64,000 nucleotides of DNA from an uncultured Bacteroidaceae bacterium (GCA_964540005.1 CAZILN010000275.1:5287-69286), one strand, 5' to 3'. Counted from the stretch's first letter, positions 16,336 through 26,492 are shown. Notes: generated by a model from the letters alone, not told the origin. Made by a program: numbers and translations.

Positions 16336-17955
16336 CTATTTCTTGTTTTTAGTAAGCTCGTCAAGCTTTTTCCTTATTTCCGCCTCTTTTTCTGCACTCA
16401 TTGTTCTCTTTTTATTACTTTCTTCAGCCTGTTCTCTTTGCTGTTCTTCTTTTTTACCGGATTCATTTTCAGTGCCTTCCTTTTGTCTGACAACAGTTCT
16501 TCTTTGCCAGCTTCCTTTAACAGCAGAAATAGTCGAGGCGATACTGGATCCTATCCTCTCGACGAATTCAATTTTATAGGGTGCCATCTCCTCAAAGGAT
16601 GCCAGCTCAACCACACCAAAAATTTCTTCATGCATTTTCAGGGGAACGATCAGGATGCTTGCAGGTTTGTCTTCCCCCAGTCCGGATTTAATCTTAATGT
16701 ATCCCTCCGGTACATCGGTCAGATAGATAGTCTCTCCCTCCTGCAGGCACCTCCCTGCCAGTCCTTCCCCGGATTGAATTTCTTTCTTAAGGTACTTCTT
16801 GCGGTCATAGGCATAAGCAGCAGTAAGTACCAGGTATTGTCTGCCATCGGCATCCCTGTTTAACAGGAACAGTGCCCCGACTTTAGCGTCAATGTATTTT
16901 ACCAGGTTCCCTATCACGGCTTCCGATAAGTTGTTTATATTATCGGTCTGTTCCCTCAGGATCTCACTGAACCTGGCTATACCATGGTTTGACCAGTTTC
17001 TGATCTCATCCTCTTTCTTCCTCTTGGTTTCCTCGATGGCTGCATTTTTAAGATCCTCTCTCATTTGCAGCAGGGCGTTACCCAGGATGTCGTTATCACT
17101 CAGGGGCTTAAATCTGCTGTCATAGTTGCCTTTCCCGATTTCTTCGGAGAAACTGGACAGGGCTTTTAATCCTGCTGCAAGACTGTTTATCGCGATAGCC
17201 ATCTGGCCGATCTCATCATCCCTTTCCTGAATTTTTTTGTCAGGGAGCTTACCCCTGGCCATTTCCTGGAGTAAAAGCTTAAACTGCTTAACAGGTCTGA
17301 CCATGGACCGGATGACCAGAAGGGCAATAATTATTGCTATGATTGATAGAATTATGGTCATCAATATGAGATAATTACTGAAGGATACATTTTCTTCTTC
17401 GATCTTCACAATGGTTGAATCCAACAGCCCGCTGTATTTAGTAAGGAGGTTGAAGATCTCTACTTCAATCGCCGCACTGGTATTCTGAATTGTGTTTGTC
17501 AGGACAGGTAAATAAGAATTGTCTGACAAAGTGATATCATACCGGGAGTACTTGATCTCTTCATACAGGGTAAAGAGGCTGTCAGTGATCATTGCGGACA
17601 GGCCTAAATAGATTTCCTGGTCCCTGAAGGGCCATTTCTGGCTGATCCTGATAATATTCCTGTTCACAGATGGAAAATCGATATTCTTGGTCCGCTCAAG
17701 TTTGGTGGAAAATTCTGAGAATACAACTGAATCTTCACTCATACTTATTATTTGCCAGTCGTCACATCTGTGGAGAAGGGATTTTAATTCTGTAAGGTAT
17801 TCTATGGAAGGAATGTAAAGCTCGGGGATAGTCCGGTTAAGTGTACGGATATTATTAAGATAAATCCTGGTTATAAGCGCACAGATAATGACTGCAAGGA
17901 TCAGTACGCTGAATGTGATCCAGATCTTAATGGATATGGTAAGCTTGATCTTCAT
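16336..17955 (-). CDS. Membrane sensor protein with HAMP and GAF domains and a Lys/Glu-rich C-terminal tail, no recognisable output domain
   Basis: Two TM segments flank a region of about 170 aa. HAMP (IRSMVRPVKQFKLLLQEMARGKL...DEIGQMAIAINSLAAGL). GAF-like region (GALFLL...LTAAYAY...GEGLAGRCLQEGETIYLTDVP). The tail is KEGTENESGKKEEQQREQAEESNKK.. Confidence 0.7.
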   Translation of the reverse strand: MKIKLTISIKIWITFSVLILAVIICALITRIYLNNIRTLNRTIPELYIPSIEYLTELKSLLHRCDDWQIISMSEDSVVFSEFSTKLERTKNIDFPSVNRNIIRISQKWPFRDQEIYLGLSAMITDSLFTLYEEIKYSRYDITLSDNSYLPVLTNTIQNTSAAIEVEIFNLLTKYSGLLDSTIVKIEEENVSFSNYLILMTIILSIIAIIIALLVIRSMVRPVKQFKLLLQEMARGKLPDKKIQERDDEIGQMAIAINSLAAGLKALSSFSEEIGKGNYDSRFKPLSDNDILGNALLQMREDLKNAAIEETKRKKEDEIRNWSNHGIARFSEILREQTDNINNLSEAVIGNLVKYIDAKVGALFLLNRDADGRQYLVLTAAYAYDRKKYLKKEIQSGEGLAGRCLQEGETIYLTDVPEGYIKIKSGLGEDKPASILIVPLKMHEEIFGVVELASFEEMAPYKIEFVERIGSSIASTISAVKGSWQRRTVVRQKEGTENESGKKEEQQREQAEESNKKRTMSAEKEAEIRKKLDELTKNKK

Positions 17956-18034
17956 GCCTGGTGTCCTGATTATTCCTTCAGGACAATAAAACTACGATTT
18001 TTTTCAGAAATTGCGGCATGCCTTAATCGCACTG

Positions 18035-19216
18035 CTATCCCTGATTAATTGATACCAGGGCATCACGCAATTGTCCGAGAGCCTTTTTAAGGACAGACCT
18101 CGGGCAAGCAATATTTATCCTCTGGAATCCTTCGCCACCCGGACCAAAGGAAGCGCCGTCATTAAATCCAAGCCTGGCTTCTTTTACCAGGAAGTCCTTC
18201 ATGGTCTGCCCCTTCAGGTCAATCTTTCTCATGTCAAGCCAGACCAGATAGGTAGCCTCGGGTTCTGTCACTTTTACAGAAGGGATTTCATCTTTAATAT
18301 AGCTCTTCAGATATTCCAGGTTATCTTTCAGGTAGTCCATCAACTCATCTAGCCATTGATCCCCGGAACTATATGCTGCTTCCAGGGCAATTGAACCGAA
18401 GAGGTTGCCGAGCCACAGGTGAGAGGTATCCAGTTCCCTGTTGAATATATGACGCAGGGCAGGATCCGGTATAATGACAAAAGATGTGGAGAGCCCTGCC
18501 AGGTTAAAGGTCTTGCTGGGGGCGGCAAAGGTGATGGTGTGATGTAAGAGGCCTTTATTGATGCTGGCCATGGGAATATGACGGTTGGGACGGTAGATCA
18601 GGTCGGAATGTATTTCATCACTAAGGATGGTAATGCCTTTTGAAATACAGAAATCCCCAAGTTCGGCCAGTTCCTCCTGCGTCCAGACACGACCGACCGG
18701 ATTATGGGGATGACTGAGGAGAATCAGTTTTGTCTGTTCATCAACCTTCTCCTTAAGGTCTTCAATGTTCATATGGTACCTGCCATCCTTAAAAATCAGC
18801 TGGTTCAAGACTACCACTCGTTCGTTTCCTTTGATGATGGAAAAGAACGGGTGGTAGACAGGTGGCTGAATAAGGACCTTTTCGCCGGGTTCAGTAAAAG
18901 CCCTGACAGCAAAATGAAGGGCAGGAACGACCCCGGGTGTAGTCAGTATCCATTCCTTTTGGACTTCCCAGCCATATCTGCGCCTGTACCATCCTATTAT
19001 AGCTTTGAAAAAATTTTCTCCCCTTGAACTGTATCCCAGTATTTCATGTGCGGCTCTCTTTCGTATGGCCTCCATGACGAAATCGGGAGTCCTGAAATCC
19101 ATATCCGCTACCCACATGGGGATGAGGTCCTTGCTTCCGAAATACTCCTTCCTGAGGTCGTATTTTATGCAGTTAGTATCTTCCCTTGGAATGTGCTCGT
19201 CGAAATTATACTTCAT
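18035..19216 (-). CDS. MalY/PatB-type PLP-dependent cystathionine beta-lyase (aminotransferase class I/II)
   Basis: MKYNFDE...R..TNCIKYD, MWVADMDF, LLSHPHNPVGRVWT, SDEIHSDL, APSKTFNLAGL. I start at ATG 19216 (MKYNF). The 33-codon upstream extension in the ORF track would run into the rsmA promoter region. Confidence 0.85.
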   Translation of the reverse strand: MKYNFDEHIPREDTNCIKYDLRKEYFGSKDLIPMWVADMDFRTPDFVMEAIRKRAAHEILGYSSRGENFFKAIIGWYRRRYGWEVQKEWILTTPGVVPALHFAVRAFTEPGEKVLIQPPVYHPFFSIIKGNERVVVLNQLIFKDGRYHMNIEDLKEKVDEQTKLILLSHPHNPVGRVWTQEELAELGDFCISKGITILSDEIHSDLIYRPNRHIPMASINKGLLHHTITFAAPSKTFNLAGLSTSFVIIPDPALRHIFNRELDTSHLWLGNLFGSIALEAAYSSGDQWLDELMDYLKDNLEYLKSYIKDEIPSVKVTEPEATYLVWLDMRKIDLKGQTMKDFLVKEARLGFNDGASFGPGGEGFQRINIACPRSVLKKALGQLRDALVSINQG

Positions 19217-19255
19217 ATTATGCACTGTGTTAGTAGGAATGTTTGACAAACATAG

Positions 19256-19263
19256 TAAATTTG
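19256..19263 (+). promoter_or_regulatory. TAnnTTTG (TAAATTTG) -7 promoter-like motif upstream of rsmA
   Basis: Exact motif match 46 nt upstream of ATG 19309, in the divergent intergenic region. Confidence 0.25.
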
Positions 19264-19308
19264 ATTCACTCACAGGAGTGTATACAATCCTGTCCTGATA
19301 CAGAATAT

Positions 19309-20085
19309 ATGTCACACAGGCACCCTAAAAAAAGCCTGGGCCAGCATTTTTTGAAGGATGAAAATATTGCAAGAAAAATCGCCGGCTCACTGAAGGCCCT
19401 CTGCGTAGAACAGGTCATTGAAATTGGTTCGGGTACAGGAATACTTACCCGGTACCTGTTCGAACGAGAAGATATCCAGGTAACAGCTGTTGAAATTGAT
19501 GCAGAAAATGTGGCAGAACTGAAACGCAAATTCAGCAACCGGAGCGAACAGATAATTCACAAGGATGCCTTACAACTATCTTTCAGCGATCTCAGTCCTC
19601 ATAACCTGGCAGTTATCGGTAACTTCCCGTACAATATCTCCTCTTCTCTCTTTTTCAAGATTCTTGAGCACCGGGATCAGGTGGAAGAAGTAGTGTGCAT
19701 GATCCAGCACGAGGTGGCTGAAAGGATTGCGGCCCCTCCGGGAACAAAAACATATGGAATACTGTCTGTTTTGCTGCAGGCCTGGTATGAGATCGAGTAC
19801 CTCTTTCCGGTCAGTCCGGATGTCTTTCATCCTCCGCCCAGGGTAACCTCGGCTGTTATTCGCCTTACCCGGAATGATGTAACCGAGCTGGGTTGTAACG
19901 AGAAGCAGTTTCAGCGCGTTGTAAAAGCCTGTTTTAACCAGAGAAGAAAAATGATCCGTAACTCCATCAGGAATGTCTGTCCGGATATCAAATCAGATCA
20001 TTACCTGATGCAACAAAGGCCAGAACAGTTGAGTGTTGCTGAGTTTGTTGAATTAACCGGACTGGTTGAACAGCTATGTACATGA
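19309..20085 (+). CDS. rsmA: 16S rRNA (adenine1518/1519-N6)-dimethyltransferase RsmA/KsgA
   Basis: KKSLGQHFL, VIEIGSGTGILT, GNFPYNISS, FHPPPRV. Confidence 0.9.
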   Translation: MSHRHPKKSLGQHFLKDENIARKIAGSLKALCVEQVIEIGSGTGILTRYLFEREDIQVTAVEIDAENVAELKRKFSNRSEQIIHKDALQLSFSDLSPHNLAVIGNFPYNISSSLFFKILEHRDQVEEVVCMIQHEVAERIAAPPGTKTYGILSVLLQAWYEIEYLFPVSPDVFHPPPRVTSAVIRLTRNDVTELGCNEKQFQRVVKACFNQRRKMIRNSIRNVCPDIKSDHYLMQQRPEQLSVAEFVELTGLVEQLCT

Positions 20086-20130
20086 AATTTTATATATTCG
20101 CAATCGAATTGACATCCAATAGATTAGACT

Positions 20131-21489
20131 ATGCCGTTCGAACTGACACGTGAGTATATTGATGAATTGCATGAATTGATCGACAGGCAGGAGAAAACTG
20201 CTGTCCATACAATGCTGGAAAGCCTGCATGCTGCCGATATCGCTGAGATCTTCAACGAACTCAGCATTGAGGAGGCGAAATTCATGTATATGGAGATCGA
20301 AGGAGAGACCCGTGCGGATGTCCTGATCGAGATGGAGGAAGACAGGAGAGAACGTTTTTTCAAATACCTTTCAGGGGAAGAAATTGCCAGGCATATCATC
20401 GACAATATGGATACTGATGATGCGGCCGACGTGATCGGAGAGTTATCGGAAACAAAACAGGAAGAAGTCCTTCAGAATATAGAGGATGCTGAACTGGCCG
20501 GCGATATTGTCGATCTTTTAAGTTATGATGAGGATACGGCAGGCGGATTGATGGCCAAGGAGTTGATCAAGGTTAACGCTGACTGGAGTATTCTGACCTG
20601 CCTCAGGGAAATGAGAAAACAGGCAGAAGATGTTGATGAAGTCTATTATGTGTATGTGGTTGATAATAGCAATAAGCTCAAGGGAATTCTCTCCCTGAAG
20701 AGATTGCTTCTGGCGGATACGAAATCAAAGGTCCTGGATATCTATAAATCTGATATTATAAGTGTTAAGACTGACCAGCACCGTGAAGAAGTGGCCAATA
20801 TCATGAACAAATATGACCTGGTAGCCCTTCCGGTGGTAGACTCAATTGACCGCCTTCTGGGCCGGATTACCATTGATGATGTGGTTGATGTTATCCGGGA
20901 GGAAGCTGAAAGGGATTACCAGTTGATCTCAGGTATTTCGGAAGATGTAGAACCCACCGATAATGTTCTGTTGCTGACCCGGGCGAGGTTGCCCTGGCTG
21001 TTCATCGGTCTGCTCGGGGGTATTTTCGCTGCCCTCGTGCTTGGCACCTATGAGGAGCAACTGAGGATCTACCCTGAAATGGCTTTTTTTATTCCCCTGA
21101 TAGCTGCCATGGGAGGCAATGTAGGCGTTCAATCCTCTTCCATTGTTGTACAGGGACTGGCTTCCCATTCCCTCAGCCTGGATTCTACAACCAGGCGACT
21201 ATTTAAGGAATTAATGGTAGCAGGTATAAACGGCTTAACCCTGTCGGGAATTATACTGGTGTACAATATAGTCCTGAAGGAATCTGTGGCCCTTACAATC
21301 ACGGTAAGTTCAGCCCTCTTTTCAGTGATTATTTTTGCCTCATTGTTCGGGACCTTTATACCGCTCATGCTTGATCGCTTCAAAATTGATCCGGCCCTTG
21401 CAACCGGACCGTTCATCACAACCGTGAATGATATCATCGGTCTTTGCATCTACCTGCTGATTGGCCGTGGTCTTTACGGGGTGTTCTAG
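20131..21489 (+). CDS. mgtE: Magnesium transporter MgtE
   Basis: MgtE N-domain, a CBS pair (VVD..NKLKGILSLKRLL / LPVVD...LLGRITIDDVVDVI) and a C-terminal 5-TM domain with PLIAAMGGNVGVQSS. Confidence 0.9.
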   Translation: MPFELTREYIDELHELIDRQEKTAVHTMLESLHAADIAEIFNELSIEEAKFMYMEIEGETRADVLIEMEEDRRERFFKYLSGEEIARHIIDNMDTDDAADVIGELSETKQEEVLQNIEDAELAGDIVDLLSYDEDTAGGLMAKELIKVNADWSILTCLREMRKQAEDVDEVYYVYVVDNSNKLKGILSLKRLLLADTKSKVLDIYKSDIISVKTDQHREEVANIMNKYDLVALPVVDSIDRLLGRITIDDVVDVIREEAERDYQLISGISEDVEPTDNVLLLTRARLPWLFIGLLGGIFAALVLGTYEEQLRIYPEMAFFIPLIAAMGGNVGVQSSSIVVQGLASHSLSLDSTTRRLFKELMVAGINGLTLSGIILVYNIVLKESVALTITVSSALFSVIIFASLFGTFIPLMLDRFKIDPALATGPFITTVNDIIGLCIYLLIGRGLYGVF

Positions 21490-21540
21490 ACATGTCCCAA
21501 TATTCCGTGCCACTACCCCGGCTCACTGGAACTTGCAAAC

Positions 21541-21584
21541 CTGTAACTTGTAATTTGCGAATCTGGAACTTGTAATTTGCGAAC
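21541..21584. repeat. Tandem 22-bp repeat (2 full copies, 20/22 identical) with partial copies on both sides (21526-21594)
   Basis: ctgtaacttgtaatttgcgaat / ctggaacttgtaatttgcgaac, preceded by ctggaacttgcaaac and followed by ctgtgaattt. It lies between the convergent mgtE and permease genes. Confidence 0.85.
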
Positions 21585-21592
21585 CTGTGAAT

Positions 21593-22855
21593 TTAAAAGG
21601 TAGTATTGATGGCCACAACCGGGTCCATCTTTGCTGCGGTCCATGCAGGAGCAAATCCTGAAACGATACCTATCAGGGCCGAAACCGTCAGGCCGAGAAC
21701 TATATTTCCCGGAGTCAGCGTAACCTTAAATGTCTCCAGCAGGGCAGTCATGCCGGATGTTAAGGCAAACACGAGCAACAATCCTATGATACCGCCGGAA
21801 AGGGCAAGCAATACGGATTCGAACAGGAACTGTGTCAGGATGAAGTATTTCTTTGCTCCCAGGGCCTTCTGTATACCTATAATATTGGTTCGCTCCTTGA
21901 CCGAGACAAACATAATGTTGGCTATCCCGAATCCGCCAACCAGGATAGAAAATATCCCGATAAAGAAACCTGCCATATTGATCACTCTGAAGACCTGTTG
22001 CAGGGGACCCAAGATCATACTGGTTTCGTTCAGTGCAAAGTTATCATCTGCAATGGGCTTTAACCTTCTTTCTGCACGTAGTATCCGCCTGATATCATCC
22101 TTCAGTTCATCGTTGCTTACACCCTTTTTGGCCTCGACCCAGATCTCCGGACCTGCATTGTCGCTTTTAATGTCGATTAAGGTACGCAGGTAAGAAACTG
22201 GAACGATAATGATCTCATCAAGTGAACCACCCTCAAACATATTTTTTCCTTCTTTCTCAGTTACGCCTACTACAGTCAGATTCCGTCCCATAATTTTAAT
22301 TTGCTCTCCTATGGGATTCTTGGTTTCGAACAGCTTCTCCGCAACATCATATCCGATGACGGCATTGTTCTTGCCGCTGTAAAACTCAAAAGGAGTTAAA
22401 AAACGTCCTTTGATTATTTCAAAATCCCTTATCTGTTCAAACTCCTGTGTGGATCCGAACATCAGTGTACTTTCGATGTTATTATTTTTGTATTTCACCA
22501 TTCTGCTGGCATAGGCAAAAAATGCCACCACTTCTGCCTTTTCTGACTGGTTTTTGAGAGCTTCATATTCAGATAATTTTGGAACCGGCCGGTTCCAGTA
22601 TTGCCACCATTCGTATTCCTGTCCTTCCTCAGGGGCCCAGGGCCATTTCTGGACATAAATAACATTGGTGCCGAGTCCGGTTAAACTTTCCCTGATGTTA
22701 AGCTCCAGGGAATCTATCACGGTAAAGACAGATATAATGGCAAAGATCCCAATAGTAATACCCAGGAGCGATAACAGGGTGCGCAACCGGTTTACAACTA
22801 CAGATTTAAAGGCAAATATAAGGCTCTCCAGAACTATCTTTATTATCTTCAGCAT
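21593..22855 (-). CDS. ABC transporter permease, FtsX/MacB-type (single FtsX domain)
   Basis: 420 aa. N-terminal TM, large periplasmic MacB-like domain, C-terminal FtsX 3-TM block with GIQKALGAKK. Confidence 0.85.
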   Translation of the reverse strand: MLKIIKIVLESLIFAFKSVVVNRLRTLLSLLGITIGIFAIISVFTVIDSLELNIRESLTGLGTNVIYVQKWPWAPEEGQEYEWWQYWNRPVPKLSEYEALKNQSEKAEVVAFFAYASRMVKYKNNNIESTLMFGSTQEFEQIRDFEIIKGRFLTPFEFYSGKNNAVIGYDVAEKLFETKNPIGEQIKIMGRNLTVVGVTEKEGKNMFEGGSLDEIIIVPVSYLRTLIDIKSDNAGPEIWVEAKKGVSNDELKDDIRRILRAERRLKPIADDNFALNETSMILGPLQQVFRVINMAGFFIGIFSILVGGFGIANIMFVSVKERTNIIGIQKALGAKKYFILTQFLFESVLLALSGGIIGLLLVFALTSGMTALLETFKVTLTPGNIVLGLTVSALIGIVSGFAPAWTAAKMDPVVAINTTF

Positions 22856-22943
22856 TTTGATCCTTTTTACATCTCAAACGCCCGAAAGGCCGGGGTATTA
22901 TACAATTTTCATCAAAGGTACCTAATTTTAGTAAGTTTTATAT

Positions 22944-22951
22944 TATCTTTG
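22944..22951 (+). promoter_or_regulatory. TAnnTTTG (TATCTTTG) -7 promoter-like motif upstream of purH
   Basis: Exact motif match ending 23 nt before ATG 22975. Confidence 0.3.
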
Positions 22952-22974
22952 TCAAAATTAACAACCTTACGTAA

Positions 22975-24498
22975 ATGTCTGATTTAAAAAGAATTAAGAC
23001 GGCTCTCGTCTCAGTTTATGATAAAAATGGACTGGAAGGGATCGTAAAAAAACTACTTGAATTAAACATTTCCCTTATCTCAACGGGCGGAACTAAAAAG
23101 CATCTCGAAAGTCTCGGGGCCAGTGTCACTGCTGTTGAGGACCTTACTTCATACCCATCCATTCTGGGTGGCCGGGTAAAAACACTTCATCCCAAAATTT
23201 TCGGGGGGATCCTTTACCGGAGGGATTCAGAGGATGACATCTCGCAGTTGACAGAGTACCAGATCGAAGGGATAGACCTGGTAATAGTGGATCTTTACCC
23301 TTTTGAACAAACCCTGGCATCAGGAGCAGGAAACCAGGAGATTATTGAAAAGATAGATATAGGGGGTATTTCATTAATCCGTGCAGCGGCAAAAAACTAC
23401 CAGGATGTGCTGATTGTCCCCTCAAAGGACCAGTACCAGGCACTTTCTGATATCCTTGAAGAGGGCAATGGCGAGACTGATCTTGAACAGAGGCAATTGT
23501 TTGCAGCCAGGGCCTTCCAGGTAAGCTCGCACTATGATACAGCCATTTATAATTATTTCAGCAAGGGTGGATTTGAGGCATTCAAGGTGAGCATGGAATA
23601 TGGCAAACAATTGAGGTACGGGGAAAATCCTCACCAGCAGGGATTCTATTATGGTGATTTTGACAATGTGTTTACAAAGATCTCCGGGAAGGAGATCTCA
23701 TATAATAATCTGCTGGATATCGATGCTGCGGTCAACCTGATACATGAATTCAGTGATCCCAGCTTTGCAATATTGAAACATAATAATGCCTGTGGACTGG
23801 CTTCCCGAGATGATGTAAGGATAGCCTGGGATGATGCACTGGCAGGGGATCCGGTTTCTGCTTTTGGAGGTGTGCTGATAAGTAATATGGAGATTAATGC
23901 TGAAGCAGCGGAAGAGATCAATAAAATATTTTTTGAAGTGATAATTGCCCCCTCATATAGTGAGGAAGCTCTGACCGTTTTACAGCAGAAGAAGAATCGT
24001 ATCATACTGGTATTAAAGGATTACCATCCCTCTGAAAAGCAGTACCGCTCAATACTGAACGGTGTGTTGGTACAGGACCGTGACAGCAGTATGGAAACGG
24101 AGGACATGTTTACAATGGCTACTGAAAAGACACCTGACGCAGGGGAAATTGAAGACCTGATCTTTGCTAATAAACTGGTTAAGCAGTCCAAATCCAATAC
24201 AATCGTACTGGCAAAGAATAAGCAATTATGCGCCAGTGGGGTGGGACAAACATCCAGGGTTGATGCTCTGAAGCAGGCCGTAGAAAAGGCAGGGAACTTT
24301 GGATTCGACCTTAAGGGTGCCGTGATGGCGTCTGATGCCTTTTTCCCCTTCCCTGATTGTGTTGAAATAGCTGATAAGGCAGGCATAAGCGCTGTCATTC
24401 AACCGGGAGGATCGATAAAGGACAAGGACTCTATAGAATACTGTAACAAAGCCGGGATGTCCATGGTATTTACCGGGATAAGGCATTTCAAGCATTAA
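22975..24498 (+). CDS. purH: Bifunctional AICAR formyltransferase / IMP cyclohydrolase PurH
   Basis: ALVSVYDK.GL, STGGT, GRVKTLHPKI.GGIL, DLVIVDLYPF, KHNNACG, C-terminal QPGGSIKD. Confidence 0.95.
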   Translation: MSDLKRIKTALVSVYDKNGLEGIVKKLLELNISLISTGGTKKHLESLGASVTAVEDLTSYPSILGGRVKTLHPKIFGGILYRRDSEDDISQLTEYQIEGIDLVIVDLYPFEQTLASGAGNQEIIEKIDIGGISLIRAAAKNYQDVLIVPSKDQYQALSDILEEGNGETDLEQRQLFAARAFQVSSHYDTAIYNYFSKGGFEAFKVSMEYGKQLRYGENPHQQGFYYGDFDNVFTKISGKEISYNNLLDIDAAVNLIHEFSDPSFAILKHNNACGLASRDDVRIAWDDALAGDPVSAFGGVLISNMEINAEAAEEINKIFFEVIIAPSYSEEALTVLQQKKNRIILVLKDYHPSEKQYRSILNGVLVQDRDSSMETEDMFTMATEKTPDAGEIEDLIFANKLVKQSKSNTIVLAKNKQLCASGVGQTSRVDALKQAVEKAGNFGFDLKGAVMASDAFFPFPDCVEIADKAGISAVIQPGGSIKDKDSIEYCNKAGMSMVFTGIRHFKH

Positions 24499-24549
24499 TA
24501 TTTTAAATATTTATGGTGCCACGCAGGGGCACAATTAAATTACTAAAGA

Positions 24550-25572
24550 ATGGGATTGTTTTCATTTTTAACACAGGAAATTGCAATTGATCTGGGGACA
24601 GCTAATACAATTATTATTCATAATGATAAGGTAGTGGTAAATGAGCCATCCATTGTGGCAATAGATACAAATAGCGGGAAACTGATAGCCATCGGTGAGA
24701 AAGCACGGCAGATGCACGGCAAGACACATGAAAACATAAAGACCATTCGTCCTTTACGTGATGGTGTTATAGCTGATTTTGATGCTGCCGAACAGATGAT
24801 ACGCAGCATGATAAGGATGTTAAACAAAAGGGCACCTGTATTCAGCCCGGCCCTCAGGATGGTAGTAAGTATTCCTTCGGGAAGTACTGAAGTCGAGAGA
24901 CGTGCCGTCAGGGATTCTGCAGAACATGCAGGAGGCCGGGACGTATATATGATCTTCGAACCCATGGCAGCTGCAATAGGTATAGGTATCGACGTGGAAG
25001 CCCCTGAAGGGAATATGGTTGTGGACATAGGGGGAGGCACCACCGAGATCGCAGTTATTTCACTTGGAGGGATAGTATGTAACCAGTCCATCAGGGTTGC
25101 CGGAGACGGATTTACAAATGATATTCAGAGCTATATGCGTCACCAGCATAATATCAAGATTGGGGAACGTACTGCGGAAGAAGTAAAGCTTCAGGTTGGG
25201 TCTGCCCTTCCTGATCTTGAAACCCCTCCTACAGATTTTATGGTACGCGGTCCCAACCTGATGACAGCCATGCCCATTGAAATACCCATTTCCTTTCAAG
25301 AGATCGCCCACTGCCTTGATAAATCAATCTCAAAAATAGAGACTTCCATATTGGCAGTGCTGGAGCAAACTCCTCCGGAACTGTATGCAGATATAGTCAC
25401 CAGGGGCATCTACCTGGCCGGTGGAGGAGCATTACTGCGCGGCCTCGATAAAAGGTTTACCGATAAGATTAATATTCCCTTCCATGTTGCCGAGGATCCC
25501 CTGCAGGCAGTGGCAAGGGGAACGGGAATTGCCCTGAAAAATGTAGAAAAATTCTCATTCCTGTTGAGGTAA
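24550..25572 (+). CDS. mreB: Rod shape-determining protein MreB
   Basis: IAIDLGTANT, RPLRDGVIADF, VDIGGGTTEIAVISLGG, LAGGGALLRGLD. Confidence 0.95.
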   Translation: MGLFSFLTQEIAIDLGTANTIIIHNDKVVVNEPSIVAIDTNSGKLIAIGEKARQMHGKTHENIKTIRPLRDGVIADFDAAEQMIRSMIRMLNKRAPVFSPALRMVVSIPSGSTEVERRAVRDSAEHAGGRDVYMIFEPMAAAIGIGIDVEAPEGNMVVDIGGGTTEIAVISLGGIVCNQSIRVAGDGFTNDIQSYMRHQHNIKIGERTAEEVKLQVGSALPDLETPPTDFMVRGPNLMTAMPIEIPISFQEIAHCLDKSISKIETSILAVLEQTPPELYADIVTRGIYLAGGGALLRGLDKRFTDKINIPFHVAEDPLQAVARGTGIALKNVEKFSFLLR

Positions 25573-25619
25573 TCCGGGTCATCCCGGTGGCAATGCCGGT
25601 AAAATTCCTTATAAACTTT

Positions 25620-25627
25620 TATCTTTG
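25620..25627 (+). promoter_or_regulatory. TAnnTTTG (TATCTTTG) -7 promoter-like motif upstream of mreC
   Basis: Exact motif match 37 nt upstream of ATG 25665. Confidence 0.25.
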
Positions 25628-25664
25628 TATCCTGGCATTTAACAGTCATCAATGACCGGGTTAC

Positions 25665-26492
25665 ATGAGGAATTTATTACAGCTTATCATAAGGTATCAT
25701 TTCTTTATCCTCTTTCTCCTGCTGGAGGTGTTTTCTTTTCTTTTTGTAATCAGGTACAATCATTTTCAAAGAGCCAGTTTTAACAGTTTTGCCACCTCAG
25801 TTGAAGGTTTTATATATGAGAGGTTCGGCGGACTAAAGGCTTACCTTGATCTGAGGACCGTCAACCAGAACCTGAGCCGCGAAAACAATGTACTGCTTAA
25901 CGAAATTGACCGTCTGGGCAGGATCACTGCTCTTGCGGATCAACAGTCGGTTGAATCCACGGGACGAAGACAGTTTTTGTACAGGTCTGCCAGGGTGATT
26001 AATAATTCTGTGAACAAGCCTTTTAATTTTATTACTGTTGACAAAGGCAGCATGCATGGTATTGAACCCGAGATGGCGGTCACCTCATCTGAAGGTGTTG
26101 TAGGGATAGTCTTTTCGGTAAGCAATCATTTCTCCACCGTCCTGCCTGTGTTAAACCAGAATTTCGGACTCAGTTCAAAACTGAAGAAGAATAATTATTT
26201 CGGCTCCTTACACTGGACCGGCTCGGCTGTAAATGAAGCGGAACTTTCGGCTATACCCGGACACGTGGATGTATCTGTGGGGGATACGGTGGTTACCAGC
26301 GGTTTCTCTTCAATTTTCCCTGCCGATGTGCTGATTGGGACTATCTCTCAGATCAGTACGGAGGACCAGAGTTTCTATACCATCAGGGTAAAACTGTCTG
26401 TGAATTTCAGGAAACTGGCATATGTGAATATCATCGAGAATTTGATGCTTGAGGAGCAGCTTAATCTGGAAAATACACAATCAGATGATTAG
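25665..26492 (+). CDS. mreC: Rod shape-determining protein MreC
   Basis: N-terminal TM, coiled-coil segment (L..EN..L..E), beta-rich domain with GVVG.V and VVTSG. Position between mreB and mreD. Confidence 0.85.
   Translation: MRNLLQLIIRYHFFILFLLLEVFSFLFVIRYNHFQRASFNSFATSVEGFIYERFGGLKAYLDLRTVNQNLSRENNVLLNEIDRLGRITALADQQSVESTGRRQFLYRSARVINNSVNKPFNFITVDKGSMHGIEPEMAVTSSEGVVGIVFSVSNHFSTVLPVLNQNFGLSSKLKKNNYFGSLHWTGSAVNEAELSAIPGHVDVSVGDTVVTSGFSSIFPADVLIGTISQISTEDQSFYTIRVKLSVNFRKLAYVNIIENLMLEEQLNLENTQSDD

Noticed and set aside
21606-22193. 195-aa plus-strand ORF inside the 21593-22855 permease gene
   Set aside because: It is antisense to a gene with clear FtsX/MacB features. The translation is Ala/Ser/Arg/Pro-rich mirror sequence with no motifs.
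24618-25091. 157-aa minus-strand ORF inside mreB
   Set aside because: It is antisense to an unmistakable MreB and has a shadow-ORF composition.
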